Positions 24,164 to 32,662 of a stretch of DNA of 34,043 nt are shown here, one piece after another (within the stretch, counting starts at the first letter, position 1; the number at the start of each line of letters is the position of its first letter). The notes beneath the pieces are model-generated. The model was not told where the DNA came from, searched no databases, and worked only from the letters and a program-made list of their open reading frames with translations. The DNA comes from a virus, in the UHGV virus genome UHGV-0081034; one strand, written 5' to 3'. A program made the translations under genes and the position numbers.

Positions 24164-25039
24164 ATGGAATTAAGAATTACTAATCCGGAAGAAAATGGAT
24201 TTTTGAAAGAGATCCAGTGGAACCAAGAGGAAGTCAAATCATGGGTTGCTGCAAGAGTGCAGGATTATAAGACAATCGCATATACTGCAGATCAGGCGAA
24301 AGACATGAAGAGAGATCGTGCAGATCTTAATAAGTTAAAAGCTGCATTCGAAGACGAGAGAAAGCGTCTGAAGAAAGCATGTATGGAACCATATAACCGG
24401 TTTGAACAGCAAGTACGAGAAATCACAGCACTGATTGATGAACCAATCCAGTTAATTGACTCTCAGCTGTCTGAAATCGAAGAGAGACGCAAGCAGCTGA
24501 AACAGAAAGAGATAGAAGAACTTTTTGAAACGATCGGATTTCAGGACTTCATTACGCTGGAAAGAATCATGGATCCGAAGTGGCTGAATGTAACAGTATC
24601 TCTTAACAAGATTGAAGAGCAGATGAAGAACTTGCTGTTTCGAGTCGGTACAGAAGTTTCTACGATCAATAGTCTTCCGGAGTTTAGCTTTGAAGCACTG
24701 GAGAATTACAAGAAGACGCTTGACTTAAATATGGCCATTGCAGAAGGACAGAGACTTGCAGACATTCAGAAGCGGAAACAGCAGTATGAAGAAGAACAGA
24801 AACGTATTGCTGAAGAAAAAGCAAGACAGGAAGCAGAAGAACTTACAGCTAAGCAGCAGGAAGGTGATGAGACAGTCAAAGAAGCTACACCGGTTAATGA
24901 GACTGTTATTGTAAGAGAAGAGCCAGTTGCTGCAGACCTGATCCAGTTAGACTTCCGTGTATTCGGAACAAGAGAGCAGATCATGGCATTGCGTAACTAT
25001 ATGATTGAGAATCAGATTAAATTTGGAAAGGTGGAATAA
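24164..25039 (+). CDS. DUF1351-like coiled-coil protein (RecT-associated accessory)
   Basis: 291 aa, strongly helical and charged. Sits between the exonuclease and RecT, as in many Firmicutes phages. Confidence 0.4.
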   Translation: MELRITNPEENGFLKEIQWNQEEVKSWVAARVQDYKTIAYTADQAKDMKRDRADLNKLKAAFEDERKRLKKACMEPYNRFEQQVREITALIDEPIQLIDSQLSEIEERRKQLKQKEIEELFETIGFQDFITLERIMDPKWLNVTVSLNKIEEQMKNLLFRVGTEVSTINSLPEFSFEALENYKKTLDLNMAIAEGQRLADIQKRKQQYEEEQKRIAEEKARQEAEELTAKQQEGDETVKEATPVNETVIVREEPVAADLIQLDFRVFGTREQIMALRNYMIENQIKFGKVE

Positions 25040-25042
25040 AAG

Positions 25043-25957
25043 ATGGCAGTACAGAACAGTTTAGCAAACAGACAGACGAAAACAGGAATGGCTGCATACC
25101 TGACGCAGGATGCAGTAAAGAAACAGATCAACAGTGTGGTTGGTGGAAAGAATGGGACAAGATTCATTTCCAGTATCGTATCAGCAGTTCAGACAACACC
25201 GGCTCTGCAGGAGTGTACAAATCCAAGCATCCTGTCAGCAGCATTACTCGGAGAAGCATTGAACCTTTCCCCGTCTCCACAGCTTGGCCAGTTCTATATG
25301 GTCCCGTTCGATAACAAGAAGAAAGGCTGCAAGGAAGCGCAGTTTCAGCTTGGCTACAAGGGATATATTCAGTTGGCAGAACGTTCCGGATACTACAAGA
25401 AATTAAATGTTCTTGCAATCAAGGAAGGGGAATTAATTCAGTATGATCCTCTGAATGAAGAAATCGAGGTGGAACTGATCGATGATGATGTGGTTCGCGA
25501 AGAGACTCCGGCAATGGGATATTATGCCATGTTTGAGTATGAGAATGGATTCCGCAAGACCATGTACTGGTCCAAGAAGAAAATGCTTGCACATGCGGAG
25601 AAGTATTCCCAGGCATTTAAGAGAAATGGTGGAGCAAAGTCCTTGGAGCTTCTGGAACAGGGAAAGATTCCGGAAAAGGACCTATGGAAATATTCTTCCT
25701 TCTGGTTTAAGGACTTTGATGGAATGGCCATGAAGACGATGCTCCGTCAGCTGATCAGTAAATGGGGAATCATGAGCATTGATCTCCAGACAGCACTTGA
25801 TAAGGATATGGCAGTCATCCATGAAGATGGAACAACGGATTATGTTGAGACTCAGACAGAACAGGATAATGTTGTTGCTGATCAGGAGTTGCAGGAGGTA
25901 AAAGAGAACAAAAAGGAACAGCCGGCAGGAAGTATTGAAGAGGAGTTCTTCCAGTAG
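25043..25957 (+). CDS. recT: RecT-family single-strand annealing recombinase
   Basis: 304 aa. Conserved RecT-core features (…GYKGYIQLAERSGYYKKL…) and partner YqaJ upstream. Confidence 0.8.
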   Translation: MAVQNSLANRQTKTGMAAYLTQDAVKKQINSVVGGKNGTRFISSIVSAVQTTPALQECTNPSILSAALLGEALNLSPSPQLGQFYMVPFDNKKKGCKEAQFQLGYKGYIQLAERSGYYKKLNVLAIKEGELIQYDPLNEEIEVELIDDDVVREETPAMGYYAMFEYENGFRKTMYWSKKKMLAHAEKYSQAFKRNGGAKSLELLEQGKIPEKDLWKYSSFWFKDFDGMAMKTMLRQLISKWGIMSIDLQTALDKDMAVIHEDGTTDYVETQTEQDNVVADQELQEVKENKKEQPAGSIEEEFFQ

Positions 25958-26065
25958 AAAATAGTTATCTCCTTATAAATTGAACATATGTCACACACGC
26001 AACTTATAAACAATGTTTCTCCTGTACTGGATACGCTGGTCCGGTACAGGAAGAAAGGGGAAGGA

Positions 26066-26506
26066 ATGAAATCAGTAATATTTCATGTTCCTGGCAAACC
26101 GCAGGGAAAGGCAAGAGCCAGGACTGTTTACAATAAAAGCTTAGGCCATTCAGTCAGCTATACACCCGAGAATGATCTGCTGTATGAGAATCTGATCAAA
26201 GCAATGTATATCACTGCTGCCAAAGGAACAAAATTTGACAAAGACATACCGGTAGCACTTCGAATCGTAGCAAGGTTTGAGCCACCGAAGAGTATCTCAA
26301 AGAAGAAAGCCCAGCAGATGCTGGCAGGCGAACTTCATGTCATGAAGAAACCGGATATCGATAATATAGTAAAAGTTGTAGCGGACGCGCTGAATGGCGT
26401 AGCCTACAAAGATGATACGCAGATTGTGTTTGTCGCTGCGAAGAAAGCATATTCAGCCGAGGAAGGACTGGATGTGATCGTGGAGGAATATAAAGCAACA
26501 GAATAA
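26066..26506 (+). CDS. rusA: RusA-family Holliday junction resolvase
   Basis: ATG 26066 follows aaagggg. VPGKPQGKARAR and KPDIDNIVKVVADALNG…DDTQIV motifs characteristic of RusA. Confidence 0.75.
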   Translation: MKSVIFHVPGKPQGKARARTVYNKSLGHSVSYTPENDLLYENLIKAMYITAAKGTKFDKDIPVALRIVARFEPPKSISKKKAQQMLAGELHVMKKPDIDNIVKVVADALNGVAYKDDTQIVFVAAKKAYSAEEGLDVIVEEYKATE

Positions 26507-26517
26507 ACAGGAAGGCG

Positions 26518-27363
26518 GTGGCAGCGTTGCCAAGACCAAGAAAGAATGGGTTAGACTACTTTCCACTTGATGTTGATTTCCTTGACGATCCTAAAATAAA
26601 GATACTAAAAGCCAGATATGGACGAGATGGTATCGTATTTTATATCTACCTGTTATGTGAGATATATAAGCAGGGATATTACCTGCAGGTAGATGAAGAT
26701 TTTGAATATATTATATCTGATGATCTAAAAATTGATCAGAACAAGGCGAAGCAGGTCTTGAACTTCTTGCTGTCACGGTCACTGTTTGATAACACACTTT
26801 TTCAGTCGGACAAGGTCTTGACCTCTGCCGGAATACAGAAAAGATTTCAACTTGCAGTTAGAGAACGAGCAAGGAAAAATCCGATAGAAGTTGGAAGGTA
26901 CTGGCTTTTAAAAAAAGAAGAAACAGAACCTTTTATTAAGTGCACCCATTTTAGTGATTTATCCGAGATAAAAGAGAGTTATTCCCGGAAAAACGATTGT
27001 AATTCCACGGAAAAATCCCTAAAGAAAAGTAAAGTAAAGAATATAGATAATATATTAGGATTCAGCCCGGAACTTGAACAGGCATTTCAGATGTATATTC
27101 TTGTCCGTTCTAATAATTATGGAGACATGATACCGGAACAGATTCAGGCACTTCGAGAGGATTTGATCCAATTGAGCGATTCAGAAGTTGAACGCATTGC
27201 TATTGTTAAGAAGGCAACAGCAGGAGGATGGAAATCATTTTATAAGACACCAGGCAAGGAGAAGCAGAGCAGAACTAAGAAGGCAGCAGTTAAGGACAAT
27301 AACAATTTTAAGAGAAGACAGTATGATATGGATGATCTTGAGAATCGACTGTTGGGAAGGTAG
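26518..27363 (+). CDS. Phage replisome organizer / replication initiation protein (Lin1244-type N-terminal domain)
   Basis: 281 aa. N-terminal DYFPLDVDFLDDPKIKILKARYGRDGIVFYIYLLCEIYKQGYY matches the DUF4373-type N-terminal domain. GTG start. Confidence 0.55.
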   Translation: MAALPRPRKNGLDYFPLDVDFLDDPKIKILKARYGRDGIVFYIYLLCEIYKQGYYLQVDEDFEYIISDDLKIDQNKAKQVLNFLLSRSLFDNTLFQSDKVLTSAGIQKRFQLAVRERARKNPIEVGRYWLLKKEETEPFIKCTHFSDLSEIKESYSRKNDCNSTEKSLKKSKVKNIDNILGFSPELEQAFQMYILVRSNNYGDMIPEQIQALREDLIQLSDSEVERIAIVKKATAGGWKSFYKTPGKEKQSRTKKAAVKDNNNFKRRQYDMDDLENRLLGR

Positions 27364-27369
27364 AGAAGA

Positions 27370-27687
27370 ATGGGTGAAGGTAAAATAAGAAAATGTATTA
27401 TCTGCGGACGGCTCATCACGGCATCAAGAAGATATGCATACTGCAGTGATGAGTGTGCAGATTATGCTAGCAAAGAGCGTGCTAGAACAAAAATGCGTGA
27501 AATACAAAAGGAACATAGAAAATTTATTACAGAGACCAGGCAAAAGAAAAATATGAAGAAGCCTGGAAGAAAGTCAAAGCGGTACAGAAATGAGCTCATA
27601 AGAATAGCAGCGGAAGCAAGAGAGCATGGTATGAGCTATGGACAGTATGTTGGAATTTATGAATACCAGAAGGGGATGAAAATTTAA
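27370..27687 (+). CDS. Zinc-ribbon small protein, basic C-terminus
   Basis: 105 aa. CIICG…YCSDEC. Lys/Arg-rich. Confidence 0.45.
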   Translation: MGEGKIRKCIICGRLITASRRYAYCSDECADYASKERARTKMREIQKEHRKFITETRQKKNMKKPGRKSKRYRNELIRIAAEAREHGMSYGQYVGIYEYQKGMKI

Positions 27688-27688
27688 A

Positions 27689-28090
27689 ATGAGTAGAATG
27701 ATGGACGCAGATAAATTTCTTTCCTGGCTGAGTGAGGTCGAGGGTGAGATCAGGAAAGAGAAGATGAAAGACTGTCAGCCGGATCGGTATGATGACGGGC
27801 TAATGGCGGCAACAGGAACCGTCAGGGAGTATGTTGAGAAGATGTGCAAGATCGACGAGGCAGAGGGAAAGGCGGATCAGAGTTGGATTCCATGCAGTGA
27901 ACGATTTCCAGACGGCGATAGATATATTCTTGTATCGTTTGAAAACTTCACAATACCAGATATTGCACGATATGAAGAAGATGGCGAGGGCGGAGCATTT
28001 TATCCGAGAGATGATGAAAGACCTTATTCAAGCTACGGACTATTTGTCAATGCTTGGATGCCATTACCAGAGTCGTACAGAGAGGAGTAA
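27689..28090 (+). CDS. DUF551-like phage protein
   Basis: 133 aa. W-x-P-C-S-E-R-F-P-D … AWMPLPE motif pattern reminiscent of DUF551. Confidence 0.45.
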   Translation: MSRMMDADKFLSWLSEVEGEIRKEKMKDCQPDRYDDGLMAATGTVREYVEKMCKIDEAEGKADQSWIPCSERFPDGDRYILVSFENFTIPDIARYEEDGEGGAFYPRDDERPYSSYGLFVNAWMPLPESYREE

Positions 28091-28092
28091 GC

Positions 28093-28419
28093 ATGTCAGA
28101 GAGATTAACAACATACCACTGCGGAAAAGCAGTGATTAAGGACAAGAATAAGCTGTCAGAAGCTATGGAGAAGTTAGCTGAGTTTGAAGAAAAAGAAAAA
28201 TGTGGAGAATGGCTTGACGCTATCGAACTTGCGAAAATTGCTATTGCACTGCAAGGCCTGAAGCGGATTCCAGTAAAGCCGATTATCTTAGATGTACTGA
28301 ACGGAGATATCGACTATGTATGCCCTTTATGCGATAAAGAGGTAATGTCGGATGCGGAAAGCAGAAACAACTATTGTGGCGAATGCGGTTGTAAATTTGA
28401 TTGGAGTGGTGAACAGTGA
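28093..28419 (+). CDS. Zinc-ribbon small protein
   Basis: ATG 28093 follows agaggag. C-terminal CPLCDK … CGECGC. Confidence 0.45.
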   Translation: MSERLTTYHCGKAVIKDKNKLSEAMEKLAEFEEKEKCGEWLDAIELAKIAIALQGLKRIPVKPIILDVLNGDIDYVCPLCDKEVMSDAESRNNYCGECGCKFDWSGEQ

Positions 28420-28724
28420 AAAGAAGTACAGACACACGCTGGAGTCCTGCAGAGATCCAGCAGAATCAAAAAGAACATTATGCTGCTATGGCAGAGCATC
28501 CGCCTGACCGGAAGGCAAGCGAGAAGTTTCATCGGCCGGCATACCAAGCAGGCAATCTGATCAAAGCACAGGGGCAGCAGTTGTGGCATGGAGATGTGGC
28601 GGAGTATTTGGCGAGAAAGTACAAGATAGGAGATGATGCCAATGGAGAAGAGACTGGAAGAGAACAATGTGAAGAACGAGAACAACCGGAAAAAAGAGTA
28701 TCTGAGAGGATACAGAGCCAATAG
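28416..28724 (+). CDS. Hypothetical protein (GTG start; overlaps the next gene by ~90 nt)
   Basis: 102-aa ORF from the track. Coding status uncertain because of the large overlap. Confidence 0.3.
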   Translation: MKRSTDTRWSPAEIQQNQKEHYAAMAEHPPDRKASEKFHRPAYQAGNLIKAQGQQLWHGDVAEYLARKYKIGDDANGEETGREQCEEREQPEKRVSERIQSQ

Positions 28725-29091
28725 AAGACGAATCAGCAGAATTGACGATGAGGTAAGAGAACTTAGGGAACTTGCAGAATCTACGAAAGCAACAGACTAT
28801 TCGGGGATGCCACATGGTAGTGGAAATCAGAAAGATCTGTCAGATGAATTGGCAAGAATTGATTCACTGGAAAAGAGATTACAGAAAGAAAAAAGCAAAT
28901 GCATCGAATCATATATATCCATTGAAAATCAGATTAAGACAGTGAAGAATGAAGATGAGAACGATGTACTGTTTTACAGATACATTAAGGGATTGCGTTT
29001 TTGGGAAATCGCTGAAAAGATGGATTGTACAGAACAGTGGGTTCATAAGTTGCATGGGAGAGCATTAGGACGTTTAAAAATACCAAAATAA
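28633..29091 (+). CDS. Sigma-70 region-4-like HTH protein; candidate late-gene transcriptional activator (ArpU/RinA-like)
   Basis: 152 aa. C-terminal LFYRYIKGLRFWEIAEKMDCTEQWVHKLHGRALGRL resembles sigma r4. Last regulatory gene before the packaging module. Confidence 0.55.
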   Translation: MMPMEKRLEENNVKNENNRKKEYLRGYRANRRRISRIDDEVRELRELAESTKATDYSGMPHGSGNQKDLSDELARIDSLEKRLQKEKSKCIESYISIENQIKTVKNEDENDVLFYRYIKGLRFWEIAEKMDCTEQWVHKLHGRALGRLKIPK

Positions 29092-29290
29092 TTTATTATA
29101 GTTTATTGAAGTTTAGTATAAATGTGTGAGAGAATTACAATGAGCCGAGGACGGAAAACCGAAGGCTCGTCCTCTCTTTGTATAAAACCTAAGAAGCACC
29201 TGCACAGGGATGTGTGGGTGTTTTTCTGTTGTATAATGTCGAAGTTTGGGATATTATGGAAATAGGGTTTATATAGACGGAGGAATGATT

Positions 29291-30226
29291 ATGGCAAAGA
29301 AAAAAGAAAATGTTGTGAGAAGAAGTTTATATTATTATGACTTATCTTGGAAGTATTTCGATGAAAAGTCTGGAGAATATGTTAGTGTAAAAAGAAAAGA
29401 AGAAAAGTTTGAGAATTTTCTAAAAAAATTCTGTTTCAAAGAAAAGAAAGTAAACGTTAAATACATATCCACGACAGAGAATGAAGATAATTTATTTATT
29501 ATTACAGATAAAATAGAAAATGATAAAATATATTTTAGGATAGTTTTATGTAAAACTAATGCACTTCCTTTAATAGAGCAGGACGGTGAACTAGAAGAAT
29601 TAGAAAAATATATTAATAAAAAGCAAAATATTGCAGAAATAACACATTGTGTATTTTTTAAAGACACTAATATCGTAGGAAGTGAATTTAACTTTTCAGG
29701 AGCAAGAATATCAGCATTGAACTGGTATATTCCAAAAATTCTGAACATATGTGGAGATAATCAAAAATTATATCAAATTAAATTTATGCCCAAAATTGAT
29801 AATGATTCCTATAAGAAATTGGCTAAGAATGAAACAATAACATTATTCGATATGACATTTAAGCCAGATTCAGAGGCATATAAAAACGTTTTAGCACATA
29901 ATAGTTTGTTTAGTGGAGCTGTGAAAAATGTCCCGGATGCAGAAATAATAGAAATAACATTAAAGAGAAGAAAAAATAAGACAAACAGTTATACGGGGAT
30001 GAATGACGTTTTATCATCAGATGATTTGAAAGAATTGTTGACTAAGTATAGAGATGATATTGGGAAATTATATATAAGTCAGGGTTCGTATTGTGATGCA
30101 ATTGATTTATTATCAGATAAACTAGTTAGCAAGGTAGATATAGTTCGGACTAAAAAAAGAACAATAGATTCAAAAGATGTATATAAAAAGATAGAAGAAT
30201 TCTATAAAGAAGAGGTAAAGCCTTAA
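29291..30226 (+). CDS. Hypothetical 311-aa soluble protein in a very AT-rich moron (candidate defence/abortive-infection component)
   Basis: ATG 29291 follows ggagg. Lys/Asn/Ile-rich with 16 ATA codons. No recognisable catalytic motif by eye. Sharp drop in GC relative to flanking phage genes. Confidence 0.5.
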   Translation: MAKKKENVVRRSLYYYDLSWKYFDEKSGEYVSVKRKEEKFENFLKKFCFKEKKVNVKYISTTENEDNLFIITDKIENDKIYFRIVLCKTNALPLIEQDGELEELEKYINKKQNIAEITHCVFFKDTNIVGSEFNFSGARISALNWYIPKILNICGDNQKLYQIKFMPKIDNDSYKKLAKNETITLFDMTFKPDSEAYKNVLAHNSLFSGAVKNVPDAEIIEITLKRRKNKTNSYTGMNDVLSSDDLKELLTKYRDDIGKLYISQGSYCDAIDLLSDKLVSKVDIVRTKKRTIDSKDVYKKIEEFYKEEVKP

Positions 30227-30247
30227 TATTGGGAGAAAATCAATAGA

Positions 30248-30712
30248 ATGGAAAAAACATGGGCGAACAAAATTGATAAAGTAATCATTATCTTTTTACC
30301 GATTTTGATTGGAATCGCAGGAAATATTATATGTAATAAGTGCGGTAAACAACTATTAATAGTTGACAAGGAAAAAGGAATCGATTTATTGAAGACGATT
30401 TTAGATATATGGGGAATATTGCTCGGTTTTATTTTTACGGCAACATCAATCTTATTAACTATTGGAGAAAATCAGTATGTGAAATTGCTAAAAGATACAA
30501 ATCATTTTCCTAATATATTATTTTCATATGTAATGGCAGGAACGTATTTGTTAATGGCAATTACTTTCGGAATAGTATTGCTATTTGTGGACATATGGGG
30601 AGAATGTATTTTTAATATTTTTTTATGCTTAAACATAATAATTATTGTATCTATGGCAATGTGTGTAAAGTTTCTTTTTAATATAATTTTAAACATGGAT
30701 AGAAAGAGATGA
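30248..30712 (+). CDS. Small integral membrane protein (4 predicted TM helices) paired with the preceding gene
   Basis: 154 aa. Hydrophobic stretches at ~10-30, 50-72, 93-115 and 122-145. Same AT-rich composition. Followed by a strong terminator. Confidence 0.55.
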   Translation: MEKTWANKIDKVIIIFLPILIGIAGNIICNKCGKQLLIVDKEKGIDLLKTILDIWGILLGFIFTATSILLTIGENQYVKLLKDTNHFPNILFSYVMAGTYLLMAITFGIVLLFVDIWGECIFNIFLCLNIIIIVSMAMCVKFLFNIILNMDRKR

Positions 30713-30723
30713 TTAATTACAAG

Positions 30724-30746
30724 GCACCCTCCGGGGTGCTTTTCTT
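30724..30746 (+). terminator. Rho-independent terminator (GCACCC-tccg-GGGTGC + TTTTCTT)
   Basis: Perfect 6-bp GC stem with tetraloop and T-run, 12 nt after the membrane-protein stop. Confidence 0.6.
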
Positions 30747-30760
30747 ATCCCCAAAAACCC

Positions 30761-30832
30761 GGACCATTAGTTCAGTGGTAGAACATTCGCCTCATAAGCG
30801 AAATGTCGTAGGTTCGATTCCTGCATGGTCCA
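30761..30832 (+). tRNA. tRNA with anticodon CAT (elongator-type; Met, or more likely Ile2/lysidine)
   Basis: 72-nt cloverleaf: acceptor GGACCAT/ATGGTCC, D-arm GTTC-AGTGGTA-GAAC, anticodon arm TTCGC-CTCATAA-GCGAA, variable loop ATGTC, T-arm GTAGG-TTCGATT-CCTGC, discriminator A. 1:72 is G:C and there is no GGG/CCC anticodon stem, so it is not an initiator. C4:G69 and C5:G68 match E. coli-type tRNA-Ile2 identity pairs. Confidence 0.8.
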
Positions 30833-30861
30833 TGAAATAAACCAGAATTGAAGGTGGTGAA

Positions 30862-31371
30862 GTGGCGAATGAATACAACCTAAAACCGGTACGAAGCAAG
30901 AGGGAAGCAAGAGAGCGTGGAAGAAACGGTGGTATAAAGTCCGGTGAAGCAAGACGCAGGAAGGCAGCCCTTAGAGATACAATGAATAAGCTCCTGACTA
31001 TGCAGGTGGATGTCGAAGGACTGTCTGATGTGATACGTGCTGACAGTGGAGAGAATACCACTTATGAGGATGTGATCACAATGGCAATGATCCAGGAAGC
31101 TATGCTGGGGAACGTGAAAGCGTATCAGGCCATCATGCAAGTGGTCGGGCAGACGGATAAGTCAGAAGAGGATCTGGAAGAGCAGAAGATTCGGACAGAC
31201 AGAGCCAAGAGAGCTAGAGATCAGGAACTTGGTGATACAGATGGGAAGAATGAGAACATCAATGATTTTTTGAAAGCGATAAAGCCGAGTCAGGAAGATC
31301 TCAACAATTTGTTCACTGGTGAGCAGGAGGAAGAATATGCCGAGGAAACAGAAGAAACCGACGAGATTTAA
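30862..31371 (+). CDS. terS: Terminase small subunit
   Basis: 169 aa. Basic N-terminus and acidic C-terminus. GTG start after aaggtgg. Overlaps the terL start. Confidence 0.6.
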   Translation: MANEYNLKPVRSKREARERGRNGGIKSGEARRRKAALRDTMNKLLTMQVDVEGLSDVIRADSGENTTYEDVITMAMIQEAMLGNVKAYQAIMQVVGQTDKSEEDLEEQKIRTDRAKRARDQELGDTDGKNENINDFLKAIKPSQEDLNNLFTGEQEEEYAEETEETDEI

Positions 31372-32650
31372 GTTTGCTCCTTTTTCCGAGCAACAGCAGA
31401 GGCTTATGCATTGGTGGAGACCACCACTTGCAAGTTCTTCTTGTGATTTCGTGATTGCTGATGGAGCTATCCGATCGGGAAAGACGATAGCGTGTATCAT
31501 AGGTTTTCTCACATGGTCACAAGAGATGCATTCTGGGAAATCGTTTGTCCTTGCCGGTAAGACAATGGGAGCACTTAAGAAGAATGTGATTCGACCAATG
31601 CTTCAGATTCTTGAAGCGTGGGGATGGCCGTATGAATATATCAGATCGGGGACAGATGCAAGGATTGAGATCGGGAGTAATACATACTACCTGTACGGAG
31701 CGAATACCGAAGCGGCACAGGATGCCCTCCAGGGATTGACTGCTGCTGGCGCATATCTGGACGAGGCGGCGCTATTCCCTAAAAGCTTCGTGGATCAGGC
31801 GATTGGACGCTGCTCTGTGGAGGGTGCAAAGATCTGGATGAACTGTAACCCAGCAGGACCACACCATTATATCCGGGAAGAGTACATTCTTCAGGCAAAA
31901 CAAAAGAAAGTCTACCATCTGCATTTCATGATGACGGATAATCTTACGTTATCTTCGAAGGTGTTGGAACGATACCGCAGAGCATGGCCACATGGAAGTG
32001 TGTTCTACAAGCGTTTCATTCTTGGAAAATGGGTAGCTGCTGATGGTCTTATCTACCAGCAGTTCGCGGACCATGTAGAAGATTATCTTATTGATCAGAA
32101 GTGGTTAGATGAAAATCAAATAGCATATGCAGTGATTGGAGTCGATTTCGGTGGTACGAAGTCGGCTCATTCTTTTACCCTTACAGGATTTACAAAAGGG
32201 TATAAGCGGGTGGTTGTGTTGGATGAATATTACCGAAAGGAGCGTATCAATCCAAAGCAATTACAGGAAGACTTTATTGACTTTGTAAGAAGAGCACAGA
32301 GTCGATACAAAGTATATGAAGCATACTGTGACAGTGCTGAACAGGCTTTGATTGCAGGCTTTGAGAGTGCGGTGATTCATGAACATATAGTGATAGAGAT
32401 CAAGAATGCAATTAAAGGATCTATCAATGATCGGATCGCATTCTACAACAGTCTGATTGCCCAGCACAGGTGGAAAGTTATGCGGCATTGTACGCATATC
32501 ATTGCAGCATTTGAAGAAGCGGTATATGACGAGAAAAAGAAGAGCATGGATGTCCGGCTGGATGATGGCGAAATGAACGTGGATAGTTTGGACAGTACAG
32601 AATACAGCACAGAAAACGTACAGGAAGACATTTTGTACATAGCAGCGTAG
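31337..32650 (+). CDS. terL: Terminase large subunit (PBSX/XtmB-type, headful packaging)
   Basis: ATG 31337 follows aggagg. Walker A-like DGAIRSGKT and ATPase coupling motif LDEAA. C-terminal RNaseH-like nuclease region. Confidence 0.85.
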   Translation: MPRKQKKPTRFKFAPFSEQQQRLMHWWRPPLASSSCDFVIADGAIRSGKTIACIIGFLTWSQEMHSGKSFVLAGKTMGALKKNVIRPMLQILEAWGWPYEYIRSGTDARIEIGSNTYYLYGANTEAAQDALQGLTAAGAYLDEAALFPKSFVDQAIGRCSVEGAKIWMNCNPAGPHHYIREEYILQAKQKKVYHLHFMMTDNLTLSSKVLERYRRAWPHGSVFYKRFILGKWVAADGLIYQQFADHVEDYLIDQKWLDENQIAYAVIGVDFGGTKSAHSFTLTGFTKGYKRVVVLDEYYRKERINPKQLQEDFIDFVRRAQSRYKVYEAYCDSAEQALIAGFESAVIHEHIVIEIKNAIKGSINDRIAFYNSLIAQHRWKVMRHCTHIIAAFEEAVYDEKKKSMDVRLDDGEMNVDSLDSTEYSTENVQEDILYIAA

Positions 32651-32662
32651 GGGGTGAGAAAG

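Noticed and set aside
25164-25733. Cluster of short ORFs on both strands (25164-25418, 25419-25616, 25482-25733, 25522-25731) inside recT
   Set aside because: All lie within the RecT coding region in alternative frames and have Cys/Pro/Arg-rich artefactual compositions.
30767-31140. Minus-strand ORFs overlapping the tRNA and terS (30767-30952, 30792-31061, 30880-31140)
   Set aside because: They are antisense to a cloverleaf-validated tRNA and to the small terminase gene. They are spurious.
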